Position numbers and translations under genes: made by a program. From Sphagnum compactum (Eukaryota), in assembly GCA_965153455.1 (NCBI GenBank), contig OZ234494.1, positions 10,106,001-10,170,000 of the forward strand: a DNA stretch of 64,000 nt. Reading direction: 5' to 3'. Numbering within the stretch: the stretch's first letter is position 1; every line of letters begins with the position of its first letter. The notes below the pieces were generated by a model. The model saw nothing but the letters and a program-made list of their open reading frames with translations, was not told the origin of the DNA and did not search any database. This document shows positions 51,400 to 63,298 of the stretch, piece by piece.

Positions 51400-52655
51400 T
51401 GCGGCATGCCCATGAGGAGTTGGGTCATTTTGGAGTAAAGCGGACATATAGTTTACTCCTAGGTCAGTATTGGTGGCGTGGTATACACACCGATGTGCAA
51501 TGATTAGTGTCACATTGCATGGTTTGTGATAGGGTGAGGGCATCGTTCAATACCCCTACACCACAGTTACACCCCTTGCCTATTATGGGGTTGGGTTATC
51601 GCTGGAGTTTGGACTTTGCGGGACCATTACCATTGACGGTATGGCACAACAAATATGTGTTGGTGATGGTGGAGCACTTCTTTAAGTGGATTGAATTGGT
51701 GCCATCCCCTGACAAATCCAGCGAGGGAGTAGCGTATGCATTCCTTAATAGGGTGTTTAGTCATTTTGGTGCACCAGCTGAAGTGTTGACCGATCAAGGT
51801 ACGGAGTTTCAGGGTGAGTTTCAGGTCTTGTGTGACAAGGCGTTGATTGATCACCGAACCACGTCTCGAGATCATCCAGAGGCAGATGGTTTAGCTGAGC
51901 GTGTGGTACAAACGGTGAAGAGGGCATTGCGCAAATATGGCTTACAGAAAGGCCACCTAGGGGATTGGGATATTCAGTCACCATGGTTGGCCATGGGATA
52001 TCGATTCAGTCGTCAGGCATCCTTGGCTTCCTTCTCACCTTATTTTCTATTGTACGGCCCAGATCTAGACTTGCCAACAACGATTCGTCGTGAGTCTAGT
52101 GAGGTGGTGAACCTTGATGACCCGGAGATGTGGTTGAGGGTGTGTTCTCAACGTGAGCTCTTTCGAAGAGTTATGCCAGTAGCGTTTGAAAACCTTGCCA
52201 TTGTTCAACACAGGGATACATTGCGATATGCGATTATCCGGGGTGGAGGTTATCGACCATTGATTCGTAGGTTCCATGTGGGGGACTATGTCTATTTGCA
52301 GCAGACTGCACCAACGACATTGGATGTAATGGCAGGCCGCACTATCTTACGAGTGGGAGAGGTGTTAGCTTCTGGAGTTCTCATGTTGGAGGGTCGTGAT
52401 GGTGTTGTTTGGAAGGACCATGTGCGTAATTATGCGCCATGTCACCTCCCAAATGTGGATGGTATAGTTGACCCAAGTTTGGCAATGGTACGGGCCGGCT
52501 TGAGGTGTATGTTATGTGGGTCTAAAGGTGGAGCAGCCCATATGTTGGTGTGTGATAAATGTTCTAGGGGTTGGCACATGGCGTGCATGACTCCACCTAT
52601 GGATGTTGTTCCCGTTGGACGGTGGATTTGTCCTCGTTGTACTTTGGAGGGGTAG
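51400..52655 (+). pseudogene. DDE integrase with C-terminal PHD finger
   Basis: HHCC (HEELGHFG...CMVC), D (LDFAGP), D (TDQG), E (GLAERVV). C4HC3 PHD CMLC...CDKC...WHMAC...WICPRC at ~52506-52640. Confidence 0.95.
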
Positions 52656-52805
52656 ATGACTTGATCTTCACATGGTATGGATTGCAGATGGGCGACTAAC
52701 GATGGGGCAACATAGCACCCGGCCTTTTGATTTGTGCACCCGCGAAGGTGTATAGCATGTAGAAGATGTATAAGGCTACCTGGAAGTTAGAGGGACCTAA
52801 CCACC

Positions 52806-52821
52806 AGCTAGGGGGGCGAGT
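52806..52821 (+). promoter_or_regulatory. Polypurine tract
   Basis: AGCTAGGGGGGCGAGT immediately precedes the TG of repeat B1. Confidence 0.8.
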
Positions 52822-53380
52822 TGTGGTACACATGTATTTGTGTATGTTCTCGTCCATGTTATGTGTTTGTGTGTGTATGTGAGTATGGTATGTCAGCGAT
52901 GTATGTTGTATGTATTCACACGACAGCTGTCATGACCATATGTGTGTTAGCTATAACATATTGTGTGTTATGGTAGCGAACAGTGCCTACTTAGGGTTTC
53001 TAGGTTTAGGGTTAGAGGAGAGTGGCTCTTCTAGTAGGACCCACCCTCATGTTGTGAGTGGGGGTATAAAGTGTGTGAGAGGGCTCAAAAAACATAGTTC
53101 TTTGAATTGAGCTTAGAGCGTTGGGAGTAGTTGGAGTTAGTGGAGCTTCGAGCTATGGTGTCCCGTTAGCATCGGCCTAGATTCTCTGAGTGGAGTGGGC
53201 TTGGCTTGACTGTATGTGTTTGCATCACGAGTTTTATGATAGTAGATCTTTCTTGTGACATTTTCAGTTGTGGTACACATGTATTTGTGTATGCTCTCGT
53301 CCATGTTATGTGTTTGTGTGTGTATGTGAGTATGGTATGTCAGTGATGTATGTTGTATGACGATATGTATTCGCACGACA
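52822..53380 (+). repeat. 3' terminal repeat block: B1 (52822-52925), GC, A2 (52928-53260), TTTTCAGT, B2 (53269-53380)
   Basis: B1 and B2 are near-identical (TGTGGTACACATG...CACGACA; B2 has 8 extra nt). A2 matches A1. Confidence 0.95.
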
Positions 53381-56300
53381 GCTTAACCTAACCTTAATTC
53401 TAAAGCACCTACACCCATTAAGAACATTCCACATGTTCAAACAAAAGTGGGATTCATTATGAACATAACAATTATGGTCTATTGGCCATCAACCTAATTC
53501 CACCATCACAATAATCAATGGAACACTTTGGTGATCAAATCCAGGAATGTCCACAATAGTCCCAAAATAGATTACAACCTAACCCTTCCCACTAATTCCC
53601 AACCTTGTTTTTGCATTCTTAAGGTTTTGTGCTTTAATGAAGAAAATGCACAAGTTGAACTTGTTTGGTTAACCCAAATGTGGTATTGTTTGGGTTCACA
53701 CATTTGTTACAAGATTACAAGGTATATAACACAAGATTTAAAACTTGGGTCCCACACACTCATTATAGAATTACAAGTGCCAACTAAACCATATGTTCCC
53801 CACACCTATACCTTCACAAATGTGTCAACAAACAAGGTGGAAAATAGATGTTCCCCAATTATAACACACAAGTGGGAATGAAATTTTTCATACCTCATGA
53901 ATTCTTAGTTTTGTAATTCATGTTTGAAAATTACAACAAAACACTTAAATAGAACATCAAAAGTCAACAACATGACATTCCATGGGTGTTAATGATGCAA
54001 CATTCTACCACTTGTGGGTTACAATTATTGATGTTTATTGACATCAACATTAAATTGCCCAAAAACTGGTTTCACATACACCATTGCCCCATGTTAGTGA
54101 AAAAACCCTTAGAAATTTTCCTATTTGAATGGGCTAAACCTCCCACATGTGTAGGATGGCCTACAAATAGAAACTTGGGCATGAATTCAAAACTTGTTGA
54201 CATGATGTGGTTCACATTCAAATACAATAACACATTGTTGTGTGTTATATGCTATTGGCCCACTTGAATGAAAATTTGAATTGAACAATGGCACACCTTT
54301 TTTAAGTCTAAAATCCAATTTTCAAAATTAAAAATTGAAATTTAATTCAATTTCCAAAGACCAAATCTATTTTAAAATCAACGTTTTTCATACCTTAAGA
54401 ATAATCATTATGAAATCACCTCCATAAAACCTTCGTCATTGAAGGTTTTCCAACAATATGAAGAACATGCCTCAATCTATTTAAATTTTTTAATTTCAAT
54501 ATATCGAATTTTCAATGAAAACATTGTTCAATATTCAATATTCCTATATTATAGGTCTAAACAGTATGCAACCATATTGGTGCACCTCTCCTCATTGAGG
54601 GCTTTTCAGTTGGTATCAAGAGTGAGATGGGGGCTACCGTGGTTTGGGAAATTTCAATGTGACAAAAAAAGAAAAAACAAACAAACAAACAAACAACCGT
54701 CCTTGATAAATAGATGCCAAATTTTCACATGATCATGTAAGTGAGAAAAAAATCAAGCTTCTAAATCATTAAGATGGGGCATTAATGTTTGTGTGTGTAA
54801 CCTATAGACACACTTCATTCTTATTTTTATGAAAAGACAAATGTTTTTGGGAATGCACCTTTTCATATATGAGTTATGAAGTAAAACTTTGGGATATGAA
54901 TAATGTCGCCCTTAGGATATATAGTGATGTTCCTGGATTGCACAAGAACATAAGGGGGGCATCACTATTTATTTATCATTGAAAAAAAATGAAATTGTTT
55001 CAATTGTTGCTAAAAGGAGTTTAGGAATCTAACATCCAAAATCTCTTACCTATGAGTGATGTTTCACATTTTTCTATCAAACATTACATTATTTTTAAAG
55101 TGAAATTATGCAATTTCAAATATAATTTTTCAAAATTTCATCATATGAAGAATAACTTTGCAAAGTACACTTTTTGTTATGTATTTGTAATAATAACCCA
55201 ATGGTTTGGACAATAAATAGTTTTTCACAAGTTGGGAGTTCAATTTTCAATAATTTTGACAAAGAATAATATCTATTTTGTCCAACTAGACCTTTTATGA
55301 ATTATTTTGTGCCAAACATTAATTGTAGTTACAATAGCCCACCTAATTGTGCACTCACCCAATGTAAACTTTTTTTATGCAATGATTTTTCAAATCATGG
55401 TGTTGTTGGGAAAATATATTAGGTGCACATTTTGGATACATGTTGCCACCCTTCATTCTTGAGTAGAATTGTTACACCATTTTTTACCTAACCTTTTACA
55501 ATGCATTTTGATTGAATAATATAGACTTAAATGGTTTTACATTTACATGTCCCGTACTAAACACTTACACTTATACTTACATGGATGTAGATGGCCCTTG
55601 TACACTTCCATGGAGTGCAAGTCCTAAACCATATACACACACAACATTGAAAACTACATCTATGAATGAAAAGAACATCATCCACATTTAACTATCTATA
55701 GAGGTGGCTAAATTGCAATGGCCATGCCAACTGTATCTTGAGAGTGTCCAAATTTTGGAAGCTTATATGTTGGGAATGTCCAAAGTGTTGAACCATTTTT
55801 TTTGTGATGGGAAAATCAACAAGGCCCGTCACAAAAAAAAAAGAGAAAAAAGCGAAGGCATGCACAACTAATCAAGAGAAACCAAAAGGTATCACTAATA
55901 CCATATTGGGACCCCACATTCAACCTTGCAGTTCTGTAATGTGTGATTTTGGGAGATGAAATGGAGTCTTTTGAACAATTATTCAAATTGAATTTATTGG
56001 ATTCAGCAAGTGACCTATTTCCAAACGCTTCCAAACTATCCTCTTCAATGAATTATGTGACTCAGCACCCACCACTGAAAACTTGTTATATTCCACGTTG
56101 GTAACCTATCTTGCAAACCCTCTCGCTTCCACCTCACACTACCAAGGTAATTACTTCTATAAGTGGGTAAGTATCCGAGGTAAGTGAGTCCCAAATGCAA
56201 ATGAGTACTATGGAGATAGGTAAGTAAGTAGGCAAGGCACATGGTGGCGACTAGGTACATAGATACTAGATCCATGGGGATGGTAAGGGCATAGGTAACC

Positions 56301-56971
56301 ACCGTGGTCCCTGGGCCATGAAGACAATGAAAAAGTGTTTCCTGTCCATGGACCTTCCAAGCTGCATGGTGCACTGTTGGGTGCTGGTTTGAAAGGGGGG
56401 GAGAGACAAAGGAGTGAAGTTCAGAATCTGAGTTTTTGATGATTGTTCTCTCAATAAAATTTGGCTTCAGATTATACTTGTTATAAAATGACATTTTTTT
56501 GTGTGTTGAATATGGTGCGCCAGATTTTCCAGGTTCTGAAATAATTTTTCATCCACTTGGGAGGCTGTAAGGGTACTGACAAGTATTATATAGTCAGGCC
56601 ACCCAATTCTGTTAGATACTCAACCAGTTGGATGGTAGGGATAAGGGGGGGCTGAGGGGCACTCATTGTAAACCTAGTAAGATGCGCTACGGTACATATT
56701 TCCTGACTTCTTCCAAATCTCAGGGGGCCGGGGGGGGGGGGGGGGGGGAAACTCTGAAAGAAAAAGTGGCAGGAATAATTAAGTATGGGCCCCAAGTTTG
56801 AAGCATGTAAAGTAAGCCCTACAAGCCTCAGTTCGGGAGGTAGGTAGGTAAGTACACTGTTTTTAAGGTACACAAAAGACTCACGTGTGATGACTCGTGA
56901 GGGAGATTGAAAAAGGTCATTAACTTGTAGTGAGCTACTGAAGAAGATGCCGCAAGAGAGATGGTGTGTGT

Positions 56972-57314
56972 CAGGCCAAACGAAATGAATGCAGTCAGTA
57001 CAAAAGTGCTGATGCTATTGTTTCCTCCAGTCTGCCCATTTGCTCCATCCATATTTTCTCAAGTGACACCCAGGCATGTTTTGCAATCGTAGCCTCATAT
57101 AATACGGCATGTTTTGCACTTGTAACCTCCCATAACATGCCAAGTAATATGTTACATACCCCTTTATGCCCCTAGTGTGTTCATAACGTGCATAACATGG
57201 ACTCAAAACATGCCTAGGCGTGAGAAGGTGAAAATTAACTGGGCAAATGGGCAGACTGGAAGAAAAAATCGCAGCAGTACCTTTGTACTTACTGCATTCA
57301 TTTCCTTTGGCCTG
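56972..57314. repeat. Long imperfect inverted repeat (hairpin, ~115-bp arms)
   Basis: CAGGCCAAACGAAATGAATGCAGTCAGTACAAAAGTGCTG...CCAGTCTGCCCATTTGC pairs with GCAAATGGGCAGACTGG...CAGCAGTACCTTTGTACTTACTGCATTCATTTCCTTTGGCCTG. Confidence 0.85.
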
Positions 57315-58949
57315 TTTAATGTTCTCCGTGTCTGGGGGCAGTGCAGAGGATGGTGGAGTAACTGACAAATCAGGGTGGTGCATGCTACGGACCGCTGGTC
57401 CATGTGGTGCATGAAAAGGTCCATGCGAGCTGTGATGATAGCCTTTTATGCCAAGCTTTGCAGGTAAGCTGTAAACGCGGTTAGTGTTCGAAATCATGCA
57501 CACATACATACAATTGCACCTGCTTGTAAATTGCACTTTATTCAGCTGCCAATTCTGCACTGCTCATGTACTTCCTCTGCAGTCATATTAAAATTATTAA
57601 GTACATGAGTTGTAAGTTTTATGTCAATAGTTCTTGGCTAAGTGAATTCATTGAATTGGGTGCAAAAACATTAAGTTACTACAGTTCGGTAAAGTAACCC
57701 TGTCTTTGGGCCTCCTTTCACCCCCTAAACGCTCTTTCAGCGGTATCCGGAAAGTAAAGACATTTTAATTAATCTCAGTATGAAATGATCATACTCAGCA
57801 TTTAATGCACAAGGTTCAGGACTAACTATAGAAGTTGTACAGTTAGCAGCAGTGAAAATATATGTAGCAGCAGTAGTGGCGCTCAGGAAAAAGGAAAGAT
57901 AGGATGAAACTCAGTTTACCACCAAAATTGATGGTTTTCTGAGTTTCATCCCCCCTCGAATGCTAATGTACTGTTTTGCAAGTTCTTTTGAATCTCACCC
58001 TGTGTATGACCAAACTCAGGGTTCAATATGGACAATATGAAAGAAAATGGGAGTCTGAGAACCCATTTTCTTTCAATGTTGGGTCATGGGGTCAATTGTG
58101 TTTAACTGTAAAAGTAGCCTGTTTACTTGTTTCCACTCAGTAGCCCATCCACTCTTTTGATTCCTTTATTGGCATCCTTCATTCAAACCACTATGGAGTG
58201 GTCAAGGCCTTTCCCATTATGTTGGGTACGTAGCAGTGGACCTGTTAGGCTCAGTGAGACATCCAACATAATGGGCATTGGCAAGGCCATTCCAAGACAT
58301 TAAGGTCTGGGGTGACAGATTCAACAATTTAGAAACAAATGTATGTTTGACAGACATATTTCAGTCACACATGTATGATCATCATCAGAAGATTATGTTG
58401 TATAATGCGGTCAAGAAAATGAAATAAGATGCCACCCTCAACAAACAGATTTCAACCATAAGGGTTGGTAAGCCTTTTCAACAGGTGACTTGTTTTACCC
58501 TTTGAATTTTTAAAAAACTACAAAAGTTGTTATTGCAAATCTCTTTTTACCTTGGCTAAGTGTGTTGTGACTAGCGACAGTGGTTGGTTCTCCTCCCAGC
58601 CTGGTACTCCAAGTTGGAGAACTTGGTTGGCCTGTTATCATAGGGACACTCTGCTTCTTATAAATGGACAATCAAAAGTTGACACTTGGACACTTCCTAC
58701 CCCATCACTAAATTGCTTGAAGGTGAAAATGAATGATTATGTTTATTTTAACATTCACATCAAGCCTATGGAGGTGATCTGGTAAACAAAAACTAAAGGT
58801 TCCAAGGTTCCTAGTGAATGGTCATGTGGCACTCTTAATGTACTCCTGACCATGAATAGGTTCTGCCATTTTAAACAACCATGTATGCTTCTTTGTATTG
58901 TTGCACATGTTCCTAGTTAATAGCCACTATTGTATTAACAATGGTGTTC

Positions 58950-60350
58950 CTCCCATTTGTTTCATCTTAGTTGTGTAATTTATATTTGCAGTGATCTTCT
59001 TCATGTTGGATAATTAAGTGGCCGATGATAAGGTTTGTTTGGTGGTAATGGTGGCTTGCCTAGATGCACCATTGTCAATCCAAAATATCTTGGAGGTCCT
59101 GGTGGATCTAAGATGCCTCCTCAATCTGATGGTTGACTAGCAAAAACTTTGTTCACCTCCTAGGGCATATCTTCATGCAAACTCACAAATTTTGTTTCCC
59201 TTGGAATTTGTGGTTTGGATCTGATACCAACAATAGTATTAACTAGTGCTGATATTAACGAAGCTTCAATAACTATAATTATAGATTGGGGCATTGCCAT
59301 ATAATATAATGGCATAGATGTAACTGGTTCCATTCTAAAATTTGAAGTTTTTGCATAGGTTACTCCAATATTGTCTTGATGAAAAGACTTTGTATAGGAG
59401 CTACAAAGATAGGTATTACATATGCCACAGTTTGAGCTCTCATTTTTACTCTATTATCTTTCTAGATCTATTTTCTAAATCTATTTGAAATTCTGACCTT
59501 TTCATGGTATAGATCCTTTGGCTCAATATGTCCATGATTCCCTACTCTTACAGGTTCCAAATTCAAATTTTGGAAATGCTCAACAAATCCTTGCCTCACA
59601 TTTTCTTCAATAAATGGACATTCATTGATATGATGTCCAATCTAATGGTAGTATGTGCAATGTGGAGAATTTGGTCTCGGAACTTTGTTTACATTATGAA
59701 TTCCTTTACTCCAATCCCTTGGAACTCCACTAATAATGCTTCCATTCTGCTAATTAATTCTGGGTTCACTGTACCTCACTCTTACAACCATAGGAACACC
59801 TTCTACCACTATTGGTTCTACTTTTGGTAAGACTATAATTTCTTGTTTAGTTACAAGTATCGATTCAACTCCTCTGGATATTCTAATACCCTGAGTTGTG
59901 GCTTCTTGCTCAACAACATAATGAATCGGAGGTTCAAAATTTTGAGCTCTTTGTTCAAACTTTTCATTTACCTGGCCTTCTCGATAATAAGGAGGTGAAA
60001 CAGATTTGTACCTTGGTACCATTTCCTCCCTTTCTAACTTGTTGAGTCTATGTTGTTCTTCTTGAATCAAAGCATCAAAGTCATGTTGTTGCATTAGATT
60101 TACTAATTCTAGCATAGCTTTTTGTCAAGGTTCAGATTCCCGACTCCTTCGTGTAAACTCAACCTGTGAGTCTGTATTTTCAATCTGACGCCCTATTCTC
60201 CTAGAGTTTTGTTGCAAACTGTTGGTGCCTTTGTGTTTCACCAGTTTGCACTTCACGAGGAATAATCGGTGCTACCTAAAGCATTTTGTGGCCTACATGC
60301 CTCTTTTCTATCCACATATGTTTATGTTCTATCTAAAAAACTTTCTAGGT
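58950..60350 (-). mobile_element. Possible decayed retrotransposon gag-like remnant
   Basis: Fragmented minus-strand ORFs with protein-like composition (MLELVNLMQQHDFDALIQEEQ...; Pro/Gly-rich stretch). No diagnostic motif recognised. Confidence 0.3.
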
Positions 60351-60949
60351 GTTTCAAACCGTTGATCTACCTTATCTGCACTCAAATTTTGCTAATGGCA
60401 ATGCCATTTTTCACTTGTTCATGTAATACAACCTGATTTAATTATCTCCTCAAACTTCTAGTTACAATTTTATTTTCCATCTTTCGACATCCTAATTCAA
60501 ATTTGAACAAACTTTTGCATTAGAGCAAAATTCTCACAGCTAGCTACTTTGCTTAGATCTACTTTTTGAAAAACAAATATGATCAAGATCTGAAAAAAGA
60601 TGCAAAAAACAAAACTAAAGTTCACTATCTATCTATATTAACAAAAATTTCAGCAATAAGCCATTTTGAAATTCAGACCCCAGGATGGTCGCCAAATGGT
60701 AAATACAAAATCTTTAATCTTATATTGTGGTCTAAAATTTGGATTTAAATGCAATAAAACTAATGTTAATAAAGTCTGCTCATTCACATCTATTTAAAAC
60801 TAGTTTTAGAATTAAAATCCAGTAATGAAAGTATGATAAAAACACCAAAACAATAAGCTCTGACTATGGAAACAAAGCTTTTCCAGAAATCAAAGTATAT
60901 TTCTTTCATACTCCATTAGAGCTCCATGTTCTACAATGATTATTAAAAA

Positions 60950-61290
60950 TGACTAAATTAATTTTGATTCAATTAATCATAGTTAAACTAATCATGATTA
61001 AATTATCCATGGTTAGATTAATTAGAAGGTTAAATTTATTAGTTAACTAAGCCATATTTAATTTAGTCATGTTAGTTTACCCATTGTTAGTTTAATTTAA
61101 CCTCCTAACTAGTTTAAATTTTTAGTGAATTTTAACCATAGTTAGTTTAGCCAAAATTAGTTTACCCATGTTGGTTTACCAAAGTTAATTTACACATGGT
61201 TAGTTTACCCAAAGTTAATTTAGCCATGGTTAGTTTAGGCATAATTAGTTGAACCATGGTTAGCCATGGTTAGTTTAACCTTGATTAATG
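60950..61290. repeat. AT-rich ~20-bp degenerate tandem array
   Basis: Repeated TTAGTTTA(A/C)CCAT(G/A)G-like units. Confidence 0.7.
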
Positions 61291-63298
61291 TGGATTTAAT
61301 TTAAATCTAACCAATGTTTTACCAAGTGGGTAGCATCAATTAGGATGGGTTTAGCTTTAGTACTAGAACAATAAAACTGCTATACATAGTTTAGGTAGAT
61401 ATATTGAATATATTAGTGTAGGTATGTATTAGCTTAGGTCATGATTTTTGTGACATGTGTCTATTTTGTACATTATTAATTACATGTTAGTTGCACACAC
61501 AATCATATGGCCCAAAAATTATACATTACCAATTTTGTAGTTACACGCACAACAATGCAATTACAAACAAAACTTAGTTGCATGCAATTGCATAATGATT
61601 GGTTGCAAATGACAAGAATTCAACTAATGTGTCACATGCAACTTGTTCAATGCAAGTACAAGTCATTTTAGTTGCAAATGTCATTTGCAAATAAAGATTG
61701 TTGCAAATTGAAATAAAAAATATGTAGATTTCTTCTAGTGAGATTTCTATGAGTACATAATCATAAACATTTTATTCAAGGGAGCAAAGACTAGTTTTGC
61801 GCACCTTTTGGGATGTAAAACCAACTAATGTAAACATTGTTATTGAGTACACAACTAATTCAATCAAAGGGACAAGGGATGTGCATTCCATGCAATCCAT
61901 TGAGTCCATGGACATTAACAAGCTATTGAAAAGAAACTTGGCTTGTTTCTGTTGTTTTTTTGTGGATTTTAATCTCTTAGCATGTGAGAATTTGTTGTAG
62001 ACTAAACATTAGGAGGTTGAGGTACTAATACTGAATATTGTGGGGTATGTACGTAATGCCATGGAAGTGACCTTTCGAGAAGACAAGTGGGATGAATACA
62101 AAGGGGATGGTGCTAACCTTGTTGCCTACATTTCACTAGGAGACAATTATATTGTGAATGCGAAGGAAGGAAATGAAAAGAAGGTGGGTTTTTACATTGT
62201 ATTATATATGCACACAAACTAGCTTCATGGTTTCCAACCTTTCACTTGCCCATGGGGTAACAATTTTGGGGTTGAAACTAAGTGTTGACTTGTGTGAACA
62301 AGGTCTCATTACTTTGTTGCACAAAAGATTTTTTGTATTTCTTTACCAAGTTGTATGTACCATGTTAATTTATATGCAAACTAAAAGGTATATATATAGT
62401 TTGGACCTTATAGTGGTTAATATCATATAACATTAGACACCAAAAATCCATGATTCATTGTATTAATTGCTTGTACCATGTCTAATTGTTGACCAATTTT
62501 AAGTTTTGCAAGGAAGGTAATCATGCAATAGTTGGTTTACCAACTAGTAGAAGCACAAAGAATACACACTTCAAAACTTCATCTTTTCTAGGAAGAAAAA
62601 ACATGCAAGACCATTTTCCAGGTGTAACAACCAATGTACAAAGACTTTTGTGCAGTTGCATGGATGCATTGACGTTGGTATACACCAAAGGTGGTTAGGA
62701 TTTGAAGTATTTGAACTACCAATGACTAAACGTGGGCAAGGTAGAATGTTTCATGGGTTTGAAGTAGTGTTGCCCACCCTAACACATTTGGTACATTGTG
62801 GTGGGTGAAAGCATACTATGAGGGGGCCAAGACTGTTATCATCTTTTACTCTTTTTCAGGGGTCCCATGTTTGAACTACAACCATGTTATTATTAAAAAG
62901 GATTTTCACAATGTTTTTGCATATTATGGTAGGCCAAAACTTAGAAAAGTAATGCCAAAGAAACTATAATTTTTTATTTCATATGATGTGATGCTAGAGT
63001 ATATTTGTGCCACAAAAATATATGTCACAATGTCTCAAAGAATGTAAATGTATTCAAGAAATGATTGAAATGATTTCTAATCTTTATGAACATTTTTGTA
63101 TCTACTAAACATTATGATTCCATATGATTTGAGTAAGTTTGTGAGCCATGTGAAGAGTTTGATAATTATGATATCACAAATGGGTGTTTCTTATGACAAT
63201 GACTATAGATGGGTGAATGCATGGTAAGGTGGTTCACTTATGGAATCACATTCATATTTCTTCAAGGTATCTTTTGTTTAAATGGATGTGGTGATAAA

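Larger units (their letters stand above)
43399..53380 (+). mobile_element. Full-length Ty3/Gypsy retrotransposon carrying a DNMT3-like methyltransferase and a PHD finger, with split direct repeats A1...B1-A2-B2
   Basis: Ends TGTCATG...CACGACA flanked by 4-bp TSD GCTT (43395-43398 and 53381-53384). Domain order gag-PR-MTase-RT-RH-IN-PHD. Repeats listed separately. Confidence 0.93.

Noticed and set aside
43399-53260. Reading A1 and A2 alone as ordinary LTRs
   Set aside because: The PPT abuts B1 rather than A2, and no TSD flanks A2 (left GCTT versus right TTTT). The TSD appears only after B2.
43399-53380. Classification as a DIRS/Ngaro/PAT element because of split repeats and a methyltransferase
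   Set aside because: It has an aspartic protease, a DDE integrase and a TSD, no visible tyrosine recombinase, and the MTase is C5-type (PCQ/ENV), not the adenine-type domain of DIRS.
56724-56748. Poly-G run as a functional G-quadruplex
   Set aside because: A simple homopolymer with no supporting context, and its length is prone to sequencing error.
61797-62290. Cys-containing ORF fragments resembling a DNA transposase
   Set aside because: Too degraded to assign a family from sequence alone.
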